A DNA stretch of 64,000 bases. Source: a virus (Duplodnaviria; Caudoviricetes). The translations under genes and the position numbers were made by a program. Below are positions 1-9,751 of this stretch, one piece after another. Below the pieces are notes generated by a model. It was not told the DNA's origin. It made no database searches and was given only the letters and a program-made list of their open reading frames with translations. The first letter of the stretch is position 1. Every line of letters starts with the position of its first letter. The stretch lies in IMG/VR virus record IMGVR_UViG_3300025889_000071. One strand, 5' to 3'.

Positions 1-1
1 A

Positions 2-52
2 GATAAGGGAATGGAAATTTTTGATCATGATGCGTCCATGATTAAGAATTGA
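2..52 (+). CDS. talC: Probable 3' end of transaldolase (TalC/FSA family), truncated by window start
   Basis: Frame from base 2 reads DKGMEIFDHDASMIKN*, resembling the TalC C-terminal helix (L-T-D-K-G-x-x-x-F-x-x-D); only 16 codons visible. Confidence 0.4.
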   Translation, partial: DKGMEIFDHDASMIKN

Positions 53-145
53 TAAGTAATTGTGTGTTGATACTAAAACACAATTGAAATTCTTAAAATC
101 CTGATTATAATAAGTAGTGATAAGACTCACTACGGAGAACTAAAA

Positions 146-298
146 ATGGATCAACACACCTATGATAATTGGGTGAAAGTAAAAGAAACATTTGAAGCAT
201 CGGGAAATACTAATAACTTCTTCTACAAAAGAGCTCTTCAAATTGTTGCTACAGGAAAAGATCCACTAAAAGATTATCTAGAGTGTAAACAAACATAA
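146..298 (+). CDS. Small conserved cyanophage hypothetical protein (50 aa)
   Basis: Manually read ORF MDQHTYDNWVKVKETFEASGNTNNFFYKRALQIVATGKDPLKDYLECKQT with GGAG RBS; TTGAAA-N16-TATAAT at 84-111. Confidence 0.7.
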   Translation: MDQHTYDNWVKVKETFEASGNTNNFFYKRALQIVATGKDPLKDYLECKQT

Positions 299-350
299 AT
301 TGACATTTACTTTTGTTTATGGGATAATTAATATGCGTAAAAAATAATTT

Positions 351-524
351 ATGGACATTTTTACGGTACATGAGTGGGAAAAAAATTTTGATGAACTCTT
401 TGCGAGAGTTGAAAATGGTGAGACTATAGGAATAATTAATGATAAAGGAGAGGCAGCTATAATGGCACCAGCAGATGACTTTCCTTTTCATCTATATACA
501 GAGAACAATAATGAAGCCCCTTGA
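351..524 (+). CDS. Phd/YefM-like (type II antitoxin N-terminal domain-like) small protein, 57 aa
   Basis: Manually read MDIFTVHEWEKNFDELFARVENGETIGIINDKGEAAIMAPADD...; matches the Phd pattern F-x-E-L-x-x-R-V-E-x-G-E-T-I-x-I. Confidence 0.55.
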   Translation: MDIFTVHEWEKNFDELFARVENGETIGIINDKGEAAIMAPADDFPFHLYTENNNEAP

Positions 525-550
525 CAAGTTGCTCCATTATCGTCTATACT
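521..550 (+). promoter_or_regulatory. sigma70-type promoter
   Basis: TTGACA (521-526), 18 nt, TATACT (545-550) upstream of ORF 573. Confidence 0.6.
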
Positions 551-572
551 AACATCAATAACACTCACAACA

Positions 573-788
573 ATGGCACTGACTGAAAAATTTAAGACCA
601 AAGATATCAGCGTTTTACGTGCTGCATCTAATGGAGATTTTTTTCTTGACGTAAAGAATCCAAAACTTTACAAAAAAGTCCGTCGATATTATGAATCTGA
701 AGGAGTAGTATTCTCTGGAGATCCTCTCGATGATTATGAGATCCTCATGGAATACATCTATCAAGATCTGCTTGTTGAGGTTGCCTGA
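573..788 (+). CDS. Conserved cyanophage hypothetical protein
   Basis: 71-aa ORF downstream of promoter; TGATG overlap with next gene. Confidence 0.75.
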   Translation: MALTEKFKTKDISVLRAASNGDFFLDVKNPKLYKKVRRYYESEGVVFSGDPLDDYEILMEYIYQDLLVEVA

Positions 789-1033
789 TGAAAATCATTC
801 TGGAACGTTTTCCATATCGATATATTGAATGTGGAATTTTAGAAAATGGATTTCCAGACTACAGAATTCAAAAAGCAGATTCTTGGACTAAACGATATCA
901 TGATATGTATCTTTTAGATAATCAAATGCAACTTCTGACAGCAATGGAAGATTTTGATTATACTCTCTGGTTAGATGGACAACCATGTTACAGAGAAATA
1001 AGGGGTGATAGAGTAGTATCTCGGTATAAATAA
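788..1033 (+). CDS. Conserved cyanophage hypothetical protein
   Basis: 81-aa ORF coupled to previous gene. Confidence 0.75.
   Translation: MKIILERFPYRYIECGILENGFPDYRIQKADSWTKRYHDMYLLDNQMQLLTAMEDFDYTLWLDGQPCYREIRGDRVVSRYK
1025..1032 (+). promoter_or_regulatory. T4-type late promoter
   Basis: Exact TATAAATA 21 nt upstream of the HNH gene. Confidence 0.65.
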
Positions 1034-1052
1034 CCAGAGATACTCCAATAAA

Positions 1053-1505
1053 ATGCCATATAAAAACAAAGAAGATGCTGCGGCTCAAAAGAGACGATGG
1101 AGATTGGTTAATCCTGAAAAAGTAGCTGAAACTCAACGAAGATATAGGGAAAACAACCCATACAAATATGCTGATAAAAGAACAAAAGAACAGCATAAAA
1201 TAAAAAATAATCTTCAAAGAGAATCTAGAAGAAAGTTTTTATATGAGCAAAAAGGAGAAAAATGTTGTCAGTGTGGTTCAACTGAAAATCTTGAGTTTGA
1301 CCATATCAATCCCTCTTTAAAGACATCTAGACAGTCATTTCTTTCAATGGGGCTTGAAACTATTAAAGAACAACTTGATAATATTCAAGTTCTTTGTCAT
1401 GATTGTCACAAGAGTAGAAGTACATTTCAAAAAAATGCTGCTTGGAAACTCTTCACTTCTCTTCCCCTTGAAGAACAGGAAAGACTTATATCGGAGCAGA
1501 TATAG
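1053..1505 (+). CDS. Free-standing HNH homing endonuclease
   Basis: CxxC (CCQCG), LEFDHINP, NIQVLCHDCHK zinc/HNH motif; basic N-terminal DNA-binding region. Confidence 0.85.
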   Translation: MPYKNKEDAAAQKRRWRLVNPEKVAETQRRYRENNPYKYADKRTKEQHKIKNNLQRESRRKFLYEQKGEKCCQCGSTENLEFDHINPSLKTSRQSFLSMGLETIKEQLDNIQVLCHDCHKSRSTFQKNAAWKLFTSLPLEEQERLISEQI

Positions 1506-1545
1506 ATTCTTGAATAAATAATAAAGGATTTCAATTATTAATAAT

Positions 1546-1749
1546 ATGGCAACAAGAGGAACAGCAGCAAAATCTGCAAGTGGTGCAGCAATGTCAAAGT
1601 ATGATGTAGAAGTTGAAGCAAGACTTAAAGCACTTGAGTCTAAAGCACATACACCTTGTGGTAGTGGTGGAGATTCTGAAAGAATTGCGGCACTTGAAGC
1701 AAAGGTTGATGATTTAATTTTTAAACTTTCTAAAAAAATGTCTCTCTGA
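1546..1749 (+). CDS. Small coiled-coil hypothetical protein
   Basis: 67-aa ORF with heptad-like RLKALE / RIAALE segments. Confidence 0.75.
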   Translation: MATRGTAAKSASGAAMSKYDVEVEARLKALESKAHTPCGSGGDSERIAALEAKVDDLIFKLSKKMSL

Positions 1750-1754
1750 TATTT

Positions 1755-1788
1755 GATGGGTTGCAATACCCATCTTTTTTTGTATAAT
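1755..1788 (+). terminator. Intrinsic terminator overlapping a sigma70-like promoter for the glycan island
   Basis: GATGGGT/ACCCATC stem + U-tract; TTGCAA (1761-1766) in the hairpin top, 16 nt, TATAAT (1783-1788). Confidence 0.65.
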
Positions 1789-1809
1789 ATATTATAAATC
1801 ATTGTTAAA

Positions 1810-2319
1810 ATGAAAATAGGATTTAATTGTAGTTCATTTGATTTGTTTCATGCTGGTCATGTGACAATGTTAAAGATGGAAAAGCGAATATGTGATTACT
1901 TAATCGTTGCACTTCAGGTTGATCCTACAGTAGATAGGCCTGGGATTAAAAATAAACCCATACAATCTGTATATGAACGGTATGTTCAATTGCAGAGTTG
2001 TAAATATGTCGATGAAATTCTTGTGTATGAAACGGAAGAAGACTTATTGAATCTCATTCAAACACAAAATATAGATGTTAGATTCCTTAGTGAAGAATAT
2101 AAGGATAGGGATTTCACTGGGAAGCAATATTGTATTGACAATGGCATAGAAATTCATTATCATTTGAGGAGGCACAAGTATGCTTCTTCTGAACTTCGTA
2201 ATCGAGTTTATTTTCTTGAAAAGAAAAAAAGAGAACAAACTGTACAAGGAGCAGAGACAAATATTGATGAGTTGGAACAATACTCTCCTAAACTTTTGGA
2301 AAAATATAATCAAAAATGA
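1810..2319 (+). CDS. Cytidylyltransferase (TagD / glycerol-3-phosphate cytidylyltransferase-like)
   Basis: FDLFHAGH (HxGH) motif, YERYVQLQSCKYVDEI, terminal ASSELRNR motif. Confidence 0.85.
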   Translation: MKIGFNCSSFDLFHAGHVTMLKMEKRICDYLIVALQVDPTVDRPGIKNKPIQSVYERYVQLQSCKYVDEILVYETEEDLLNLIQTQNIDVRFLSEEYKDRDFTGKQYCIDNGIEIHYHLRRHKYASSELRNRVYFLEKKKREQTVQGAETNIDELEQYSPKLLEKYNQK

Positions 2320-3242
2320 CAATTTTAGTTACAGGTGGTGCAGGATTTATTGGAAGTAATTTTCTTCATCATATAATTGAAAATACTGATGATGAAATTA
2401 TTTGCATTGATAAACTTACATATGCTGCAAATACTAACAATCTCCCTAAAAATATATCTTTGTATCCATGTGACATTGCAGAAGATGGATGGTATGATAA
2501 TGTCTTCACTAAACATGATGTCAAAACAATTTTTCATTTTGCAGCCGAAAGTCATGTAGATAATTCTATTGAAGATTGTTCAGAATTCATCAAGACAAAT
2601 ATCACTGGAACTGTAAATCTATTGAATGCATCTTTGAAGTACGATGTAGAAAAATTTATTCATGTCTCTACTGATGAGGTTTATGGTTCAATAGAAGAAG
2701 GTTCATTTACAGAACAATCTAATTACTCTCCTAAAAATCCATACTCTGCATCAAAAGCAGCAAGTGATCATTTTGTGATGGCATATCATAATACTTATGA
2801 TCTCCCTGCAATTATTACAAACTGTTCAAATAATTATGGCCCAAGACAATATAAAGAGAAATTAATTCCACAAACAATTTGTAATATTCTTGACAATAAA
2901 AAAATTCCAGTTTATGGTAATGGATTGCAAGTTCGTGATTGGTTGTATGTAAAGGATCATTGTGCAGCACTCACTCAAGTATGGAAGTATGGTGAAGTTG
3001 GTGAAAAATATAATATTGGTGGAGAGTGTGAGATTAGAAATATTGATCTTGTAAAGAAAATACTAAAGTATATGGGTAGAGACGAAAGTATGATAGAATA
3101 TGTCAAGGATAGGCCTGGTCATGACCGACGTTATTCCACTGACATTAAAAAGATCCAAAACCACATTGGATGGGAACCATTATATTCCCTTGACTATGGA
3201 CTTCAACAAACAATTGAATGGTATGAAAATCACAGAAACTAA
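2316..3242 (+). CDS. rmlB: dTDP-glucose 4,6-dehydratase
   Basis: VTGGAGFIGSNF, DKLTYA, HFAAESHVD, STDEVYG, YSASK, NCSNNYGP, DRPGHDRRY. Confidence 0.95.
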   Translation: MTILVTGGAGFIGSNFLHHIIENTDDEIICIDKLTYAANTNNLPKNISLYPCDIAEDGWYDNVFTKHDVKTIFHFAAESHVDNSIEDCSEFIKTNITGTVNLLNASLKYDVEKFIHVSTDEVYGSIEEGSFTEQSNYSPKNPYSASKAASDHFVMAYHNTYDLPAIITNCSNNYGPRQYKEKLIPQTICNILDNKKIPVYGNGLQVRDWLYVKDHCAALTQVWKYGEVGEKYNIGGECEIRNIDLVKKILKYMGRDESMIEYVKDRPGHDRRYSTDIKKIQNHIGWEPLYSLDYGLQQTIEWYENHRN

Positions 3243-3771
3243 TCTAAAAGATGCATTTGTAATCACCTCAAAAAAATATGAGGATGATAGAGGATTTTTT
3301 ATGGAGTCTTTTAATTCCAAAGAATTTAGAGAAAATGTAAGTAGAACAGAATTTTTTGTTCAAGATAATCATTCCAAATCTAGTAAAGGTGTATTGAGAG
3401 GACTGCATTATCAGATTGAACATCCTCAAGCAAAGTTGGTAAGATGCATTTCTGGTGTTGTGTATGATGTAATTGTAGATCTTCGTAAAACATCAGAAAC
3501 ATTTGGAAAATGGTTTGGAATTACACTTGATAGGCCTGAATTACAATTGTGGGTTCCGCCTGGATTTGCTCATGGTTTTTATGTAGTCAGTGATTTGGCA
3601 GAGATAGTATATAAAACTACTGATTATTATTACCCAGAACATGATAGAACTCTTTTATGGAATGATTCGGAACTGAATATTGATTGGGGATTTGAAGGAA
3701 ATCCAGTTCTTTCTCTAAAAGATTCGCAAGGAAAAACTTTTGAAGAGTGTGATAAGTACGAATATGAGTGA
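3223..3771 (+). CDS. rmlC: dTDP-4-dehydrorhamnose 3,5-epimerase
   Basis: DDRGFFMESF, VQDNHSKS, LRGLHYQ, PPGFAHGF; start moved to ATG 3223 (MKITETNL). Confidence 0.95.
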   Translation: MKITETNLKDAFVITSKKYEDDRGFFMESFNSKEFRENVSRTEFFVQDNHSKSSKGVLRGLHYQIEHPQAKLVRCISGVVYDVIVDLRKTSETFGKWFGITLDRPELQLWVPPGFAHGFYVVSDLAEIVYKTTDYYYPEHDRTLLWNDSELNIDWGFEGNPVLSLKDSQGKTFEECDKYEYE

Positions 3772-4585
3772 TAAGATTTCCGTTTATGGTTCCACCGGTT
3801 TTATTGGTGGAACTTTTTGTCGTCTTTTTCCTGACCAAATTACACAAATACCTAGGAATGAGAGAGAACCTCAATCAAATAACATATTGTATTTGATCAG
3901 TACAACAACAAATCACAATGTCTTTGATAATCTTCAGATTGATGTTGATACTAATCTTAAAATCTTGCTGGAAACATTAGAAAAATGTAAAAACGAAAAT
4001 ATTGTATTTAATTATGTGAGCACTGGTTTTGTTTATGGTTTGAATATAAATGATGCATTAGAAACTGATCCTTGTGATCCCAGAGGATTTTATTCGATTA
4101 CAAAGAGAGCTGCAGAGCAATTGATTATTTCATTCTGTCAAACATTTAATGTCAAGTATCGAATCATTCGTCTTGCTAATTTGTATGGGGATGATAAGAC
4201 AGTATCACCAAAGAAAAATGTTCTTGGGTTTCTTATTAATTTGATGAAAGAGGATAAGACAATTACTCTTCATGATGGTGGCAGTCATATTCGGGATTAT
4301 ACTCACGCTGATGATGTGTGTAGGGGTATAAAACTTGTTATGGACAAGGGAGAGATGAACTCTATTTACAATGTAGCTAGTGGAGAATCAATGCCTTTTA
4401 GAAACATTATGGAAAAGGCAAGAGAACTATTGAATAGTAAAAGTCAATTTGTTTCTGTTGAAACTCCAGATTTTAACAAGGCAGTGTTACCATCAAATTT
4501 TTACATCAATACTAATAAATTAAAAACTTTGGGGTTTGTTCCCAGTATTTCTCTTGAGCAAGGATTGAAAAATCTCTGTTCTTGA
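3764..4585 (+). CDS. NAD-dependent epimerase/dehydratase (extended SDR)
   Basis: GSTGFIGG, YSITK (YxxxK), RDYTHADD; start at ATG 3764. Confidence 0.85.
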   Translation: MSDKISVYGSTGFIGGTFCRLFPDQITQIPRNEREPQSNNILYLISTTTNHNVFDNLQIDVDTNLKILLETLEKCKNENIVFNYVSTGFVYGLNINDALETDPCDPRGFYSITKRAAEQLIISFCQTFNVKYRIIRLANLYGDDKTVSPKKNVLGFLINLMKEDKTITLHDGGSHIRDYTHADDVCRGIKLVMDKGEMNSIYNVASGESMPFRNIMEKARELLNSKSQFVSVETPDFNKAVLPSNFYINTNKLKTLGFVPSISLEQGLKNLCS

Positions 4586-4617
4586 TGTATGATATATAAT
4601 AGGAGTTTTATTGAATT

Positions 4618-5664
4618 ATGAGTGAATATAAGAAAACAGCACTGGTGCTTGGTGCTGGTGGCTTTATTGGAAGTCATATGGTAAAGCGTCTTCGTTCAGA
4701 AGGATACTGGGTAAGAGGTGTAGATCTTAAACGACCAGAGTTTTCTGAAACTGAAGCAAATGAATTTATTCAAGGCGATCTTCGTGATGTAGATTTTGTT
4801 CGTCGATGTATTCGTTTCTCTGGATATCTTGGAAACTTTTATCAGCAGATTGCTGAAAAGTTTGTACTACCATTTGATGAGATCTATCAGTTCGCTGCTG
4901 ATATGGGTGGTGCAGGTTTTGTTTTCACTGGTGAGAACGATGCAGACATCATGCATAATTCTGTTACAATTAATCTCAATGTTCTTGATGAACAACGTAA
5001 GTTCAATGAGACAGTAGGAAATAGAACTAAAATATTTTATTCTGGATCAGCATGTATGTATCCAGAGCACAATCAATTAGACCCTGATAATCCCGATTGT
5101 CGTGAAGAATCTGCATATCCCGCTAACCCCGACTCTGAATATGGATGGGAAAAACTTTTCTCGGAACGTTTATACTTTGCTTATAATCGCAATTACGGGA
5201 TCCCTGTTAGAGTTGCTCGCTATCACAATATTTTTGGGCCCGAAGGAACCTGGGAAGGTGGAAGAGAAAAAGCACCAGCTGCAATCTGCCGTAAAGTCGC
5301 TTACCTCCCAGAGGAAGGTGGAGCAATCGAAGTGTGGGGAGATGGCCTACAAACTCGTTCCTTCTTGTTCGTTGACGAATGCATTGAAGCAACTCGAAGA
5401 CTGATGGACAGTGACTTCATGGGTCCTGTGAATATTGGTTCCGAAGAGATGGTTACTATCAATCAACTTGTAGAAACTGCTGCTAGGGTTGCTAATAAAG
5501 AAGTAAGAAAGGTACACAAACTGGATGCTCCTCTTGGTGTTCGTGGACGCAACTCTAACAACGATGTCATTCGTAGGGAACTTGATTGGGACTATTCTCA
5601 AACTCTTGAAGAGGGCATTGCCAAAACTTACAATTGGATTTTGGAGCAGATTGATAAAAAATGA
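4618..5664 (+). CDS. GDP-mannose 3',5'-epimerase-like SDR
   Basis: GAGGFIGSH, FAADMGGAGF, YSGSACMYP, YGWEKL, REKAPAAICRK, VWGDGLQTRSF, GVRGRNSNN typical of GME. Confidence 0.85.
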   Translation: MSEYKKTALVLGAGGFIGSHMVKRLRSEGYWVRGVDLKRPEFSETEANEFIQGDLRDVDFVRRCIRFSGYLGNFYQQIAEKFVLPFDEIYQFAADMGGAGFVFTGENDADIMHNSVTINLNVLDEQRKFNETVGNRTKIFYSGSACMYPEHNQLDPDNPDCREESAYPANPDSEYGWEKLFSERLYFAYNRNYGIPVRVARYHNIFGPEGTWEGGREKAPAAICRKVAYLPEEGGAIEVWGDGLQTRSFLFVDECIEATRRLMDSDFMGPVNIGSEEMVTINQLVETAARVANKEVRKVHKLDAPLGVRGRNSNNDVIRRELDWDYSQTLEEGIAKTYNWILEQIDKK

Positions 5665-6512
5665 AAGTAACTATTTTAGGATCTTCAGGCCAAATCGGTG
5701 CATATCTCACAGAGTATCTTCGTGATAAAAATCATGAAGTTACGGAGTTTGATGTTGCCCGTCATCATGGTGAAGACCTTACCCAGATTCCAAATCATAA
5801 TCTAGATCGTGCAATCAAGAATGCTGACTTTGTATTCTTCCTTGCATTTGATGTTGGTGGGTCGAGATATCTGAAAAAGTATCAACATACTTTTGATTTT
5901 ATCAATAACAATACCCGTATAATGGCTCAAACTTTTGATTTACTCAAAAAGCACAATAAAAGGTTTGTGTTTGCATCATCTCAAATGAGTAATATGAGTT
6001 ACTCTCCTTATGGTGCTTGTAAGAAACTTGGAGAACTCTATACTACCGCACTCAAAGGACTGACTGTTAAGTTCTGGAATGTTTATGGTATAGAAAAAGA
6101 TCTAGACAAAGCTCATGTCATCACAGACTTCATTCGGAAAGGATTTGAAGAAAAAGAATTTGAGATGATGACTGATGGTACTGAAGAACGTCAGTTTTTG
6201 TATGCAGAGGATTGTTGTGAAGCTCTTGAAACCGTAATGGAAAACTTTACTGATTTCAAACCAGAAGATCCTCTTCACATTACCTCATTTCATTCCAATA
6301 CTATTAGAGAAGTTGCTAATATCATTCAAGGTTGCTTCTCAATTGAAGGAATGCATGATGTAAAAATTAAGTCTGGACTTGCTAAAGACAATGTTCAGAT
6401 GGATAAAAGGAACACCGCAGATACATTTATTCTTGATTGGTGGGTTCCTAAAACCACTATTGATGTGGGTATTCGAAAAGTATTCAACGAAATGAAAAAG
6501 GACTATATGTGA
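5661..6512 (+). CDS. NAD-dependent epimerase/dehydratase
   Basis: GSSGQIG, YGACK (YxxxK), DGTEERQFLYAED. Confidence 0.85.
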   Translation: MKVTILGSSGQIGAYLTEYLRDKNHEVTEFDVARHHGEDLTQIPNHNLDRAIKNADFVFFLAFDVGGSRYLKKYQHTFDFINNNTRIMAQTFDLLKKHNKRFVFASSQMSNMSYSPYGACKKLGELYTTALKGLTVKFWNVYGIEKDLDKAHVITDFIRKGFEEKEFEMMTDGTEERQFLYAEDCCEALETVMENFTDFKPEDPLHITSFHSNTIREVANIIQGCFSIEGMHDVKIKSGLAKDNVQMDKRNTADTFILDWWVPKTTIDVGIRKVFNEMKKDYM

Positions 6513-7327
6513 TGAGATATTCTGTATCACATTGGAGTGGTAGATTGGGAAATAATATTCAGCAAGTTGCCAACTCAATTATGGCTGCTGAATATTACTC
6601 ATCTTCTGTTAGCCAAAATTTAGATCATTCGATTATACAAAAATTTAATATTGTTTTTGGAGAAAATGATTTTGGAGGATCTGGAAGATTTTATTCTTGG
6701 GAACCTTTAGTTCATTGTGAAAAAGGTATATATGAAGGTGGTAATGAAATAGGTATACCTAAAGAATATGTGTATGGTAACATTAGAAGAATATGTAAAA
6801 GTATTGTATCTGATAAATTAGATCTTCCTAAAAAAGATGTTATAGGTGATGATACTATTGTTATGCATTTAAGAAGTGGAGATAATTATCATAGAATATT
6901 TGATCCGCCAACTAACTATATTCCAAATCCTCTTATTTTTTATTTAAATTTGATAGAATCTTTCGACAAATGTATTTTGATAACAGAGCCTGATACTGAA
7001 AATCCAATCATTCATGAACTAAAGAAAATAAATAAAGTTGAAATTCAATCATCAAGTGTTGCAGACGATTTTGCAACACTCATGTCAGCAAAAAATGTTG
7101 CATTATCTGGGGTAGGAACTTTTGCTATGGCAGCAGTTTTATGCTCTAAAAGTATAAAAAATTTATATACGACAGATCTTTTATTGACAGAACATTTAAA
7201 TTATAGTATGGTTTTCAATACAGATATAAATGTTCATTTGATGGAATTGGATAATTATCTTCCTGTTTTTCCATGTAGTTGGAAAAATACAGAAGAGCAA
7301 AGAAAATTTATTTTAGAGTATCGATGA
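6512..7327 (+). CDS. GT11-like (alpha-1,2-fucosyltransferase-like) glycosyltransferase
   Basis: GRLGNNIQQ, MHLRSGD, DDFATLMSAKNV...GTFA motifs. Confidence 0.7.
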   Translation: MRYSVSHWSGRLGNNIQQVANSIMAAEYYSSSVSQNLDHSIIQKFNIVFGENDFGGSGRFYSWEPLVHCEKGIYEGGNEIGIPKEYVYGNIRRICKSIVSDKLDLPKKDVIGDDTIVMHLRSGDNYHRIFDPPTNYIPNPLIFYLNLIESFDKCILITEPDTENPIIHELKKINKVEIQSSSVADDFATLMSAKNVALSGVGTFAMAAVLCSKSIKNLYTTDLLLTEHLNYSMVFNTDINVHLMELDNYLPVFPCSWKNTEEQRKFILEYR

Positions 7328-8316
7328 AAATATTTGTTACTGGATGTGCCGGATTATTAGGTGCAAATTATGCAAGACATCTTCTTACCAATGGTCATAC
7401 TGTTATTGGTATTGATGACTTATCTGGTGGACATAAAGCATTTCTTCCAAAGGGTGAGAACTTTCAGTTTGTGAAACTCAATCTGGAGAGGCGCAAGAAA
7501 GTAGAGGCACTCTTTGAGGAGCATCGTCCAGATGTCTTACTTCACTTTGCCGCATATGCTGCAGAGGGACTGTCTCCCTTTATTCGTAATTACAACTATC
7601 GGAATAATCTTATTTGCTCTGCTAACTTGATCAATCCTTGCATTACTTACAATACAAAGATGATCTTTACATCTAGTATGGCAGTCTATGGAGAACAGGA
7701 ACCCCCCTTCACTGAAGATAAGAAACCACAACCAATCGATCCCTATGGTATGGCAAAGTATGCTGTAGAGTGTGATTTAAAGATGGCTAATCAACAGTTT
7801 GGACTGCGATATAATATTGTCCGTCCTCATAATGTTCTGGGTATCTATCAGAATATCTGGGATCGTTATCGTAATGTGATTGGTATCTTTATTCGTAAGA
7901 CTCTGAATGGTCAACCCATTCTTGTCTATGGTGATGGAGAACAGACTCGTGCTTTCTCTGATATCAGATATTACATGGAACCGTTTGATATTCTCTTGTC
8001 AGAGTTTGATGGGGAGACCTTTAATATCGGTGCAGACAAATACTTTACTTTGAATCAAGTTGCTGAAACAGTTCAATCTATTGGTAAGAAGTATGGGTAT
8101 GATGTTCCCATTGAACATGGCCCACCACGACACGAAGCAAAGCACGCATATTGTAATCATGATAAGGCAAAAAACTTGCTTAAATTCAAAGATAATACTA
8201 AACTGGAAGAGTTAATTGAAGATATGTTTGTATGGGCAATGAAACAACCTAATAGAAAAGTGAAAAATATGGAATATGAAGTCACTGAAGGAATCTACGA
8301 TTATTGGAAGAACTGA
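7324..8316 (+). CDS. NAD-dependent epimerase (UDP-glucose 4-epimerase-like)
   Basis: VTGCAGLLG, DDLSGG, HFAAYAAEG, YGMAK, YGDGEQTRAFS; start at ATG 7324. Confidence 0.9.
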   Translation: MKIFVTGCAGLLGANYARHLLTNGHTVIGIDDLSGGHKAFLPKGENFQFVKLNLERRKKVEALFEEHRPDVLLHFAAYAAEGLSPFIRNYNYRNNLICSANLINPCITYNTKMIFTSSMAVYGEQEPPFTEDKKPQPIDPYGMAKYAVECDLKMANQQFGLRYNIVRPHNVLGIYQNIWDRYRNVIGIFIRKTLNGQPILVYGDGEQTRAFSDIRYYMEPFDILLSEFDGETFNIGADKYFTLNQVAETVQSIGKKYGYDVPIEHGPPRHEAKHAYCNHDKAKNLLKFKDNTKLEELIEDMFVWAMKQPNRKVKNMEYEVTEGIYDYWKN

Positions 8317-8318
8317 CT

Positions 8319-8999
8319 ATGCAAGAAGCTAATTGGCCTAAGTGTCCTAGGTATTTTAATTCTGACTTTGATAATCTCAAATATCAGTTTCCTGGATCCG
8401 AAAATATTACAAACAATTATGCACAATCGATGCAAGATATGTTTGTTCTTTCCATGCTTGATGGTAAAAAGAATGGAGTATATGTTGAGATCGGTGCAGA
8501 TCAACCACGAGTTATCAGCAATACCTATCTTCTAGAAACTGAGTTTGATTGGATGGGCGTGTCTTTTGAAGTGGATGGTGATAAAGTTCAGTTCTTCAAT
8601 ACGATGCGAAGGAATCAATGTATCTGTGCAGACGCAACAAAATTTGATTACAAGTTTTTATTTGAAGAGAGAAACTATCCTAAACAAATTGACTATCTTC
8701 AACTTGACATTGAACCTGCAGAGCAAACTCTAAATGCTCTTAAGGCACTCCCTTTAGATGAATATAGATACTCTGTCATCACATATGAAACTGATGTCTA
8801 TTGTGATGGGCCTGACAGTCAAGACGAACAAGCACGTATCCTAAAGTCGCATGGATATCAGTTGGTTGCTAAAAATGTGATGAACGAGGGAAATCCTTAT
8901 GAGGACTGGTGGGTTGATCCTGCAGTTGTCCCAGAGGAAAGATGGAAACCATGTAAGACTATGTTGGGTATTGATTGTAAGGAGGTTATTTGTAAATGA
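8319..8999 (+). CDS. FkbM-family SAM methyltransferase
   Basis: QSMQDMFV, YVEIGA, SNTYLLE, IDYLQLDIE, EDWW. Confidence 0.8.
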   Translation: MQEANWPKCPRYFNSDFDNLKYQFPGSENITNNYAQSMQDMFVLSMLDGKKNGVYVEIGADQPRVISNTYLLETEFDWMGVSFEVDGDKVQFFNTMRRNQCICADATKFDYKFLFEERNYPKQIDYLQLDIEPAEQTLNALKALPLDEYRYSVITYETDVYCDGPDSQDEQARILKSHGYQLVAKNVMNEGNPYEDWWVDPAVVPEERWKPCKTMLGIDCKEVICK

Positions 9000-9751
9000 G
9001 TTGGACTCTACAAGATTCTGCAGTGAAGCCATATCTGCAGGTGTGTCATTATGCAGCAGTTAATTCAGATTATTTCAACACTTTCAAGAGTATTGGAGCG
9101 TATCGTCATGTTCTAGAGCATGTTTCTCAAGAAGAGGGTCAACTCTATCTTGATGAGATTGAAATTGACTACAAAGACAAACTAGATGAAATCAAACAGA
9201 ATGACACGATTGGTAATCCAGTAATGTTTGATTATCCTGATGTAGGTATGATGTCACCTACAACCATTCGTTATATCAAGAATGTTTCTGATATTATTAA
9301 TGCATTTGGCACGGGAATGAAATCTATTGTCGAAGTTGGTGGTGGTTATGGTGGTTTGTGTAAAGTCATGAGTTCTTTCATTGACTTTGATAATTATCTT
9401 CTGATTGATCTTGAAGAATGTAATGAACTCTCTCGTAAATATCTTTCCGAGTTTGATCTACCCACTTTGTCCCATCGGGGAGAAGAGATTGAGATAGAGG
9501 AAAACTTTGATCTGTTCATTAGCAACTATGCTTTGTCTGAATGTGATCGGGAAACGCAGATGGAATATATTAATAAGTTTGTGAAAAAGTCGGACAGATT
9601 TTATCTGATGCACAATGACTTCCATGTTGATCATGGAAATATGTCTCACCAGGAGTTTGTAGAAATCATGTCAGATACTCATGAAGTTAATTTTTATGGA
9701 GAACATGGTGTAGAATCTAATCCAAAAGTAATGTATGGTACTATCAAATGA
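8996..9751 (+). CDS. Putative sugar O-methyltransferase
   Basis: SPTTIRY, IVEVGGGYGG SAM motif, DLFISNYALSEC. Confidence 0.75.
   Translation: MSWTLQDSAVKPYLQVCHYAAVNSDYFNTFKSIGAYRHVLEHVSQEEGQLYLDEIEIDYKDKLDEIKQNDTIGNPVMFDYPDVGMMSPTTIRYIKNVSDIINAFGTGMKSIVEVGGGYGGLCKVMSSFIDFDNYLLIDLEECNELSRKYLSEFDLPTLSHRGEEIEIEENFDLFISNYALSECDRETQMEYINKFVKKSDRFYLMHNDFHVDHGNMSHQEFVEIMSDTHEVNFYGEHGVESNPKVMYGTIK

Noticed and set aside
3100-3222. Long N-terminal extension of rmlC in the ORF track
   Set aside because: Overlaps rmlB out of frame; the RmlC fold starts at MKITET (3223). Similar start corrections were made for 3764, 7324, 12286, 15992, 19058, 33808 and 35060
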